Source: an uncultured virus (IMG/VR IMGVR_UViG_3300042894_003697)
Taxonomy: Duplodnaviria > Heunggongvirae > Uroviricota > Caudoviricetes
DNA length: 20,000 nucleotides
IMG/VR virus record: IMGVR_UViG_3300042894_003697
Strand: one strand, 5' to 3'
Made by a program: the position numbers and the translations under genes. The notes beneath the pieces were generated by a model. That model worked only from the letters and a program-made list of their open reading frames with translations. It had not been told where the DNA came from and made no database searches. The number at the start of each line of letters is the position of its first letter. Positions within the stretch are counted from its first letter, which is position 1. Below, in pieces: positions 1 to 7,121 of this stretch.

Positions 1-135
1 GTGCTGATTAATCGCATCAAGTATGGCATAGATGTTTAACTGAAAATCATTTTCAGCTGGACGATATTCTTCCTGCATTACCGGCCATTTGGATTTCCAG
101 TGATTGCATTTTTCAATCCATTCTTGTCTTGTCAT
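1..135 (-). CDS. C-terminal half (TPP-binding region) of a split acetolactate-synthase-like/YerE-like enzyme; runs off the window
   Basis: Not in the ORF track. ATG at 135-133 overlaps the TGA (134-132) of the upstream ORF, with AGGAG 6 nt upstream. Reads MTRQEWIEKCNHWKSKWPVMQEEYRPAENDFQLNIYAILDAINQH, open to the edge, and resembles the linker and start of the C-terminal domain of ALS-like sugar enzymes. Confidence 0.75.
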   Translation of the reverse strand, partial: MTRQEWIEKCNHWKSKWPVMQEEYRPAENDFQLNIYAILDAINQH

Positions 136-1160
136 GCCAAACTCCTAAAAAACTTTTCTAAATCAACATTGTATTTTTCATCAACTTCAACAATGTCTTT
201 CTTTAACTCGTTGATATCGAGGTCGACAACAATCTTATAACTGTCTGGACTAAACTGTTTAGGGTCATAACCAATAACACTGGCGCCTAAACTACTGCCC
301 AACACAATAAGTAAATCAGCATTTTGCATAGCAAAGTTTCCAGCGCGACTTCCTTTGATGCCAACTGCTCCAATGCTTAGAGGATGGCTGGCAGTAGTAT
401 AATCTCTTGCACCATAGGTGCTGACATATGGAATTTGATATTGTTCAATAAATTTAACAAACTGGTCAACAGTATTGCTTTGACGAATACCGTATCCTGC
501 CAACACAACGGGCCGTTCTGCTTTGGCAATAGCTTGTTTTACACCATCGTAGTCTGACAGTGTATCGACCAAGGCGGTGGCAACATATTCTCTGTAATTC
601 TCAGGCATCTGTGCCGTTTGAATGTCACCCGGAATATCAATCCATACAGGACCAGGACGTCCTGTTGTTGCCAAGTGTACTGCATATTGTATTGTGTATG
701 CTACGTCTTGTACATTGTCAACAAAGCAACTCAATTTGGTCATGGTCTTGTAGGTGTCAACAACATGGTGTTCTTGAATGCCATACTTACGAACATTGAT
801 GTTGTTCTTTTTGTTGATGTATCCGCTACAGGTTGCCAATCTAACATTGCCTGACAGAAACAAAACAGGTACACTGTCTTGCCATGCATTTAAAACCGAT
901 GTTGCACAGTTGGTACCTGCGCAACCTGTTGTAGGATTGACTACCGCAAGTTTGCCAGAGAACTTGCTTTCGGCTGTGGCTGCATGTCCTGCACCTTGCT
1001 CGTGGTGATAGCAGATGTAGGGCATGCCTTGTTTGATGAATCCGTCATTGAGTCCGCTGGCACCACCACCCATTAATCCGTGCACACGTTCAACGCCAAT
1101 TGACTTCAAGTAGTCGGCGATCCAATCACACACTCTCATTTTGTTTTCTAAGCGGTTCAT
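132..1160 (-). CDS. Thiamine-pyrophosphate enzyme, N-terminal and central domains (ALS-like, YerE-type)
   Basis: GVERVHGLMGGG, HHEQGAGHAA (catalytic Glu), TTGCAGTN, GRPGPVWIDIPGD, AERPVVLAGYG, NFAMQNADLLIVLGS. No GDG..N TPP motif in this ORF. Alternative start at 1139 (MRVCDW). Confidence 0.88.
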   Translation of the reverse strand: MNRLENKMRVCDWIADYLKSIGVERVHGLMGGGASGLNDGFIKQGMPYICYHHEQGAGHAATAESKFSGKLAVVNPTTGCAGTNCATSVLNAWQDSVPVLFLSGNVRLATCSGYINKKNNINVRKYGIQEHHVVDTYKTMTKLSCFVDNVQDVAYTIQYAVHLATTGRPGPVWIDIPGDIQTAQMPENYREYVATALVDTLSDYDGVKQAIAKAERPVVLAGYGIRQSNTVDQFVKFIEQYQIPYVSTYGARDYTTASHPLSIGAVGIKGSRAGNFAMQNADLLIVLGSSLGASVIGYDPKQFSPDSYKIVVDLDINELKKDIVEVDEKYNVDLEKFFRSLA

Positions 1161-2476
1161 TTGAATAAACTCATAAAGCCGTCTACCTGCTCACCAATGT
1201 ACTCAATCTGTTCTGGAGTAATAACCGGACTGCAACCGTGGAAGAATGTGTTCTTCATTGTGAGTGTGGCCACAGGGTAGTTGTCACGTGCATCTGCAGG
1301 ATTCATCAAGTGGCTGTAAGCAGGCTGTAGCATGATGTTGCCAGCAAAGTATGGACGGGTTTGGATTAAACGTTCTTCCAAGTAGTCCACAATGTCGTTG
1401 CGTGTAAACGGTGCGCCTGCTCTAATGGTAAGAGGAAAGGCAAACCAACTCACATCTGCATGTTCTCTAGCACGTGGCAAGTGAAAAAACTCTTCGTACT
1501 TTTCATAGATGGCAAACAACAGATTGTAGTTGCGCTGACGTAGAGCGTGTATCTCGGGCAGTTTTTTAATCTGTTCAAGCCCCATGGCCGCTTGTAGTTC
1601 AATGGGTTTTAGATTGTAACCAATCTCGTCATACACATACTTGTGATCAAATATTTCTCCGGGCATTTCAGGAATCCACTCGTTGAAACGTTTGCCACAG
1701 GTACCACATTTTAACTTGTTGGCATCGGGCCCAACGCAGTAGCATCCTCGACCCCACTCACGCAACGAACGCACAATGACTTCTTGTTGAGAGTCGTTCA
1801 TGGCCACAAAGCCACCTTCGCCCATGGTCATGTGATGTGCTGGATAAAAACTGCATGATGCCATTAGGCCGAAACTGCCCAAAGGTTGACCTTTGTATGT
1901 TGTGCCCAGACCATCGCAACAGTCTTCCAATAGCACAAGATTGTGTCGATTGACCAGTTCCATCACTTGATCCATGTTGGGAGGATTGCCTAACACATGT
2001 GCAAATGTAATGATTCGTATGTCGGGATCGTTGGCAAGTATTTGTTCAGCTGGAGCCAGATCAATGTTCAAGGTGTCAATTTCAATATCGCAAAACACAG
2101 GTGTAAATCCGTTTTGAATAGTTGGATTTAAAGTAGTAGGAAATCCAGCAATGGGCATTAACACCTTGGTGCCTTGCGGAAAGTTATAGCCACGTTTGCT
2201 CTTCATTGCTGTCATCATCAGCAGGTTGGCACTACTACCTGAATTGGTCAGCACTCCGCGAGTCTTGCCAAACTGTTCAGGAAACTGGCGTTCAAATGCT
2301 AGACTTTTATTACCCATTACTAGCCAGCCGTTAAGCAAAGCTTCTGCGGCAGCTACATATTCGTCTGAGTCAAAATACGGACCCGCATAGTTGACAAAGT
2401 CTCGGCCAGCTACCCAGGTCTTGTCTGCATGTTTAGAATCAATGTATTTTTTAATGTCTTCCAATATCTGTTTCAT
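1157..2476 (-). CDS. rfbH: NDP-4-keto-6-deoxyglucose 3-dehydrase (E1, RfbH/DdhC family; PMP and Fe-S dependent)
   Basis: NSGSSANLL, FPTTLNP, HVLGNP, EDCCD, SFYPAHHMTMGEGG (His at the usual Schiff-base Lys position), WGRGCYC..CGTCGKRF, DHKYVYDEIGYNLKP. Confidence 0.92.
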   Translation of the reverse strand: MKQILEDIKKYIDSKHADKTWVAGRDFVNYAGPYFDSDEYVAAAEALLNGWLVMGNKSLAFERQFPEQFGKTRGVLTNSGSSANLLMMTAMKSKRGYNFPQGTKVLMPIAGFPTTLNPTIQNGFTPVFCDIEIDTLNIDLAPAEQILANDPDIRIITFAHVLGNPPNMDQVMELVNRHNLVLLEDCCDGLGTTYKGQPLGSFGLMASCSFYPAHHMTMGEGGFVAMNDSQQEVIVRSLREWGRGCYCVGPDANKLKCGTCGKRFNEWIPEMPGEIFDHKYVYDEIGYNLKPIELQAAMGLEQIKKLPEIHALRQRNYNLLFAIYEKYEEFFHLPRAREHADVSWFAFPLTIRAGAPFTRNDIVDYLEERLIQTRPYFAGNIMLQPAYSHLMNPADARDNYPVATLTMKNTFFHGCSPVITPEQIEYIGEQVDGFMSLFK

Positions 2477-3201
2477 AATTTAATTCCAAGTTGACTGCAA
2501 ATTTCTTTCATGATGGTTATCACTGATTGACTTCCACGGCTACCATGAAAATGTAGCATGTGTGCTTGATTTATATCTATACCGTTCCACTCATTATGAA
2601 TGTCTATCATAAGTTGGTCAGACAAGGATCTTAATTTTATTGCTTGATAGGCCATCTCTGGATGTAGTCTGTCAGAGTCTAAGATATCTTGACTCCAGAA
2701 CATGGCATTGTGTCTTAGCTGGTCAAACCCCCAATTACGATTTGGGTGAGTTTCTCTTTGAGTCAACCACTCTTCACCCAGTTTCCATACATTGGGTGAC
2801 ATGGTGTGTGGATAATATTGTATGTCGTCATTGAAATGGTGTGCAAAATCTCCATGACTTTTTGGATCAGTATAATTGAACAATCGATATTCAGTAAATC
2901 TATCTGAAAACAATTCTGTAGGTCGAATCATAAGTGTGTCGGCACCAGCCCAGAATACGTTGCAAGGTTCACGCTGCCATAATTCTTTAATGTCAAGCCA
3001 ATTTTGATATGCACAGGTATCGCCGTTGGTAGCCGGATCCGTCCACAATATTGTTTCAAATGGTTCTTTTACAAAGTGTTGAAAGCTGGCCAGTCTTAGA
3101 CGATACATTTCTTGATAGTCTAAATACAATTGTGAACTATCATTGCCCATCCAATTGTCCGATATGGGGCGAACTGCACATACCAAATAATTCTTTACCA
3201 T
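2473..3201 (-). CDS. Putative GT-A-fold nucleotide-diphospho-sugar transferase
   Basis: VFWAGADTLMIRP (DxD-like region), FDQ and late HFHGSRG motifs; lies within a sugar operon. Confidence 0.5.
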   Translation of the reverse strand: MVKNYLVCAVRPISDNWMGNDSSQLYLDYQEMYRLRLASFQHFVKEPFETILWTDPATNGDTCAYQNWLDIKELWQREPCNVFWAGADTLMIRPTELFSDRFTEYRLFNYTDPKSHGDFAHHFNDDIQYYPHTMSPNVWKLGEEWLTQRETHPNRNWGFDQLRHNAMFWSQDILDSDRLHPEMAYQAIKLRSLSDQLMIDIHNEWNGIDINQAHMLHFHGSRGSQSVITIMKEICSQLGIKL

Positions 3202-4145
3202 ACGAAATTATTTCTGTAGTGGTTGACTACCTGGGCCAATTCTTGATCAAAATCAGCAGTTGCAGTCCAGCCCAGTTGTTTTAGTTTACTATCATCGATA
3301 GCATACCTCACGTCTTGCCCTTGTCTAGAACTGGGAGTAACAAAAGATTCCCAGTCGTGATCATGATTAACTCCATAATAATAAGATAATATTTTTTTTA
3401 TCACTTCTCGATTTGGCATTTCAGTATTGCCACTGATATTAAATATTTCATTAGTACATCCAGCATCAATGGTAGCTATTACAGCACTAGCAGTATCCGT
3501 GGCATGCAACCAGGTCCGTACCGGATTACCGTGATTGTGCAAATCAATTAATTTGCCTAATTCAAGAAATTTAACGCTTTTGGGTATAAGTTTTTCAACG
3601 TATTGACCAATGCCATAGTTGTTGGTAGGACGCACAATTACATATTTAATACCATAAGTTCTTGCCCAGGCCAGTATCAACATGTCGGCGGCAGCCTTGG
3701 ATGCCGAATAAGGATTGCTAGGTTTTAACAAATCAGTTTCGGTGTGGGCTCCTGAATCAATGTCACCATAGACCTCGTCGGTTGAAAAATGCAACAATAT
3801 TGGTTGCTTTTGGACAGGCTGTTGTCGTATCAATTCTAACAGCCGATGTACTCCATTAATGTTGCTACTTAGAAATACCTCTGAGCTCATGATTGAATTA
3901 TCCACATGAGTCTCAGCCGCTGTGTTTATGATATAGTCGCAGTCATACAGTCGATCAAGATCGTTGATATCTTTGTGTATGAATTTAAATGTATCGTATT
4001 TTTGAAACTCAGTTAAAAAATTAAAATTGCTAGCATAGGTACCTTTGTCCACACCAATCACATGCCAGCCACGTGCTAGGCATTGACGGGTGACATTCAC
4101 CCCAATGAATCCCAAACAGCCTGTGACATATACAATTTTTTTCAT
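3195..4145 (-). CDS. rfbB: dTDP-glucose 4,6-dehydratase-like (extended SDR)
   Basis: VTGCLGFIG, AAETHVDNS, STDEVYGD, PSNPYSASKAAAD, RPTNNYG..Q..EKLIP, GQDVRYAID. Confidence 0.88.
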   Translation of the reverse strand: MKKIVYVTGCLGFIGVNVTRQCLARGWHVIGVDKGTYASNFNFLTEFQKYDTFKFIHKDINDLDRLYDCDYIINTAAETHVDNSIMSSEVFLSSNINGVHRLLELIRQQPVQKQPILLHFSTDEVYGDIDSGAHTETDLLKPSNPYSASKAAADMLILAWARTYGIKYVIVRPTNNYGIGQYVEKLIPKSVKFLELGKLIDLHNHGNPVRTWLHATDTASAVIATIDAGCTNEIFNISGNTEMPNREVIKKILSYYYGVNHDHDWESFVTPSSRQGQDVRYAIDDSKLKQLGWTATADFDQELAQVVNHYRNNFVW

Positions 4146-4975
4146 AATCTAATTCCGTTAGACATTTTATATTGCTTCATTTGACCGTTAGGATCATTGT
4201 CACGTAGTTTTTCCCAGGGATCTTGATTGCCCGATTTGACCTTTTCCCACCAAGAAACATCCATGCCTTGTTTGGCCATCCAGATTGATAATCTTTCAGT
4301 TTCACTCATACGAAAATTGGACCAAGTCATATGATGAAAATCTCTGGGATCTTTTGGGTTTCCTTCAAACATCACCCGGTTTTTGTAAGTATCGTCGTGA
4401 TTGTTACCGGTAAGATCGTGTCGGTCATGTACTACATGTACTGGTATGCGCTCCCATATGTCTAGCATAAATGCTTGTTGGCTCAACCAAGCATCATTTA
4501 ACCCATGTGGACTTAGGTACCCTAGCGTATCTAACCACTCTCTGGGAACAATTGGAAATATGCTGTAAGGGTGATCATTATGAGTATGAAACGCTAACAA
4601 TTTAAATTCGCCGGTGTGTTTAGAAATAACTGTGTCCCATCCGGGTGTTTCCATGTACGCATCATCATTCCAAAAAATCATCCAGTCGGAATCAGAGTTT
4701 AATGCAAGAGTATTAACATATTCATTGAGTCTAGTGTATCCCATTGGATCAAACGTCATAGCAATATAATTAATATCTTGTGAGTCTAACCAAGGTTGCA
4801 ATGATTTTTCAAAAGCAGAAATACCGTCGGTATCGTCATTGTCAAAGCCCAACATAAGTTGTATGGCGCCTGGATCGGTGGCCAACTCAAACAAGCTTTT
4901 TACACTTCGTTCTAGTGCATCACCTCTGCCGCGTGTAGGCAATAATATTGAAATTTTATATTCGTGATTGTTCAT
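4142..4975 (-). CDS. Glycosyltransferase family 2 (GT-A)
   Basis: N-terminal ISILLPTRGR, FDNDD and WMIFWNDDA (DxD-like). Confidence 0.8.
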   Translation of the reverse strand: MNNHEYKISILLPTRGRGDALERSVKSLFELATDPGAIQLMLGFDNDDTDGISAFEKSLQPWLDSQDINYIAMTFDPMGYTRLNEYVNTLALNSDSDWMIFWNDDAYMETPGWDTVISKHTGEFKLLAFHTHNDHPYSIFPIVPREWLDTLGYLSPHGLNDAWLSQQAFMLDIWERIPVHVVHDRHDLTGNNHDDTYKNRVMFEGNPKDPRDFHHMTWSNFRMSETERLSIWMAKQGMDVSWWEKVKSGNQDPWEKLRDNDPNGQMKQYKMSNGIRL

Positions 4976-4981
4976 GTGTAC

Positions 4982-5104
4982 CTATTGATTCCAGTGCTTG
5001 ATTACGCCTGCTATAATAAAACAGTTTGTGATTATATATGACAATATAATGGTTGGGCAAATATTTGCCCAACTGCGCCAAATATTACGCAAAAAGATCC
5101 TCAT
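4982..5104 (-). CDS. Small 40-aa membrane peptide, possibly an internally deleted copy of a conserved small phage protein
   Basis: Hand-translated, below the ORF-track cutoff: MRIFLRNIWRSWANICPTIILSYIITNCFIIAGVIKHWNQ*. The start overlaps the end of queD; there is one hydrophobic helix. Confidence 0.55.
   Translation of the reverse strand: MRIFLRNIWRSWANICPTIILSYIITNCFIIAGVIKHWNQ
5052..5073. repeat. Perfect 22-bp palindrome GTTGGGCAAATATTTGCCCAAC
   Basis: Identical to its own reverse complement; starts 11 nt after the queD stop. Confidence 0.95.
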
Positions 5105-5636
5105 TCCATTCACGATGGCCTTCACGATATGCCATATTGCTTTGAGTTTCTCTCACTTCTACACGATAGCACCACAAACGTGCCGCTTCGCCCGGCCCCC
5201 ACATTTCTGGAATGTACACACCATTGACATATTTGTACAGCATGTCGCTAAGTCCTTCGCAACCTAGACGAGGTAACACAACTACTTTGGCCATCTTTTT
5301 CTCTACCAACAGGTTGTATGTGGCCATTTCTGGATCATCTGCGGCCACAATGAGTGTGTGATCAAATTGATCTTCTAATGTTTTCTTTAGTTCTTTTAGT
5401 CCACCATAGTCTGCCGCCCAGTTGCGAACATCTAGGTCGTTGGTGCCAAAGTAAAACTTCATACTAAATGAATAGCCGTGAATTAGATTACAATGACTGT
5501 CTGCCCTCCACTGTCTATACGCACATGGAAATGCGTCGTGGTACTCTTTGGTACTTGTATACTTGTAAACCACTGGTCTAGTGGTTGGCCAGTTATCTTC
5601 CGTGTGGTTGATTAGTTGTTGTGTTGATGATTGCAT
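5085..5636 (-). CDS. queD: 6-carboxy-5,6,7,8-tetrahydropterin synthase (QueD/PTPS family)
   Basis: CAYRQWRADSHCNLIHGYS (CxxxHGY), DYGGLKELK..LEDQFDHT, GCE, VEVRET; GGAG RBS upstream. Confidence 0.9.
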   Translation of the reverse strand: MQSSTQQLINHTEDNWPTTRPVVYKYTSTKEYHDAFPCAYRQWRADSHCNLIHGYSFSMKFYFGTNDLDVRNWAADYGGLKELKKTLEDQFDHTLIVAADDPEMATYNLLVEKKMAKVVVLPRLGCEGLSDMLYKYVNGVYIPEMWGPGEAARLWCYRVEVRETQSNMAYREGHREWNEDLFA

Positions 5637-5643
5637 GCTGTTT

Positions 5644-5708
5644 CTCCTATGTTAATTATAGCATAGGCTGGCAGAGTTTGTATAGCGGGATGAAAGCCAA
5701 AGGCCGCT
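5644..5708 (-). ncRNA. Candidate cis-regulatory RNA (preQ1-I-like pseudoknot) with an RBS-sequestering hairpin, in the queD leader
   Basis: AGCGG-CCUUUGGCUUUCAUC-CCGCU-AUACAAACUCUGCCAG; loop UUGGC can pair with GCCAG; followed by CCUAUG...CAUAGG, which overlaps the AGGAG RBS. Confidence 0.6.
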
Positions 5709-5712
5709 TGAA

Positions 5713-6642
5713 TCATAATATCTTCCATTCTTGTCCCCATCTGTTGCCGGTCGGATCAAAATTATTGTAACCAATATTGTATTTGCCAGCAGAGTCTAAA
5801 TTGAATACTGGATTAAATCTCCACGGCATATAGAGTGCATCTTTGAGGAATAGAGTTTGAGACTCAAATGAAATTTTATTAATTATTGCAACAGATGCTG
5901 GTGCATCAACGTCAACGTCAAATAAAATTTTTGGGTCTGTTTTTTTGCCACACCACCAGTCAGGTAAATTGTTCATTGTGTATGTAACTTTATCTGTATA
6001 GATATAGTCAGGCTCGGACTGTATGTGATTTATATTTATCCACCGCATTGGTTTTACATCTGACGGATTCTGACTGATCAATGCTTCGGCAAAATCTTGA
6101 TCCAAACAGGCATCCATTGACAGTTTGGCCGATAAATGTTCAGGTTCTAATGTTGTCAAAAAATCCGCGTCTAATTGTTTTTGCCAAACCCATAAATCGC
6201 AACTGAGAGTATCCGGAATACTGATAGCGTTAGGCGATAGATAAGGTTTTATACATTGCCAGGTAGTCAGCATTCCATGATCAAACAAGCCTGGACCAAC
6301 AGTTTCACTAACAAGTATATCAATCGGATGTTTAATTATATCTAAATCAGATTTCCAAAAATCACAGTTGATTACAGCAAACCTTGACGTATCAAACTTA
6401 CTTTTAAGCACCTTATATGTAAGGTCGGCTGCATTTCCATTCCGTTCTATAGCATAGACAAATTTGGCTCCTGCAGACAATGCATAGAAAGACAAAATAC
6501 CTGTTCCGGATCCTAGGTCTAAAACTATTTTATCTTTGGCGTGTTTGTTCAAAGCATCGTAATAAAACTGATTTCGCCACTTATCGTTGATCATTTTTAA
6601 AAAATTAATCGCTGTTTTATTTGTCAGAGACACGTCATTCAT
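5713..6642 (-). CDS. Class I SAM-dependent methyltransferase, PRMT-like
   Basis: KMINDKWRNQFYYDAL, VLDLGSGTGILS, AGAKFVYAIE, DILVSETVGPGLFDHG, SIP; same order of motifs as protein-arginine methyltransferases. Confidence 0.8.
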   Translation of the reverse strand: MNDVSLTNKTAINFLKMINDKWRNQFYYDALNKHAKDKIVLDLGSGTGILSFYALSAGAKFVYAIERNGNAADLTYKVLKSKFDTSRFAVINCDFWKSDLDIIKHPIDILVSETVGPGLFDHGMLTTWQCIKPYLSPNAISIPDTLSCDLWVWQKQLDADFLTTLEPEHLSAKLSMDACLDQDFAEALISQNPSDVKPMRWININHIQSEPDYIYTDKVTYTMNNLPDWWCGKKTDPKILFDVDVDAPASVAIINKISFESQTLFLKDALYMPWRFNPVFNLDSAGKYNIGYNNFDPTGNRWGQEWKIL

Positions 6643-6666
6643 GTTTTTTCTACTATTTTAAGTTCC

Positions 6667-6718
6667 GCATAGATGGCGAAGTTTGTATACCAGGATGAAA
6701 GCCAAAGGCTGCTGGTAC
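6667..6718 (-). ncRNA. Second copy of the candidate pseudoknot RNA, in the methyltransferase leader
   Basis: GUACCAG-CAGCCUUUGGCUUUCAUC-CUGGUAU-ACAAACUUCGCCAUCUAUGC. The 17-nt core is identical to copy 1 and the stem differs but still pairs. Confidence 0.55.
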
Positions 6719-6721
6719 AAT

Positions 6722-6729
6722 TACTTATA
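6722..6729 (-). promoter_or_regulatory. Possible T4-type late promoter variant TATAAGTA
   Basis: One mismatch from TATAAATA; overlaps the HIT stop codon and lies 3 nt before the RNA stem. Confidence 0.3.
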
Positions 6730-7120
6730 CCGGATTCTGATAGTCGGCTTTCTTGTAATTTGCCTGGCCAAATATCACACCTCGAACGCCGCCAACTGGG
6801 TCAGCACAGTCACCAACCCGGCGAGGAATTAAATGCACATGTGGATACATCACTGTTTGTCCGGCAGCCTCTCCCATGTTAACACCTATGTTAAATGCAT
6901 CACATTCACCTGCAGTGACCATGCGCTCTCCTTCTTTAAGAGCATCGCCGAATGCCTCAGTGATTACATCAGGTGTGTTATGTGTTGGAACAAACAACAA
7001 ATGGCCAACAGTCACTGGATAACGATCACGAAATACCACAACATGGAAATCTTCTTTTACAACATCATCCCACGGTGCCACACCTGCTTGTTGTGCTTGT
7101 TCTAATGTGTTGTACTTCAT
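6725..7120 (-). CDS. HIT family nucleotide hydrolase
   Basis: DRYPVTVGHLLFVP, FNIGVNMGEAAGQTVMYPHVHLIPRRVGD. Confidence 0.92.
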   Translation of the reverse strand: MKYNTLEQAQQAGVAPWDDVVKEDFHVVVFRDRYPVTVGHLLFVPTHNTPDVITEAFGDALKEGERMVTAGECDAFNIGVNMGEAAGQTVMYPHVHLIPRRVGDCADPVGGVRGVIFGQANYKKADYQNPV

Positions 7121-7121
7121 A

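Noticed and set aside
132..1160. Annotation as ilvB for branched-chain amino acid synthesis
   Set aside because: No ilvN, ilvC or ilvD nearby; directly coupled to rfbH in a sugar operon, which fits YerE-type enzymes better.
5052..5073. Rho-independent terminator after queD
   Set aside because: No U-tract follows on the minus strand and it lies inside a plausible small ORF; reported as a palindrome only.
5661..6718. CRISPR repeats or IS ends
   Set aside because: Only two imperfect direct copies about 1 kb apart, with no cas or transposase gene.
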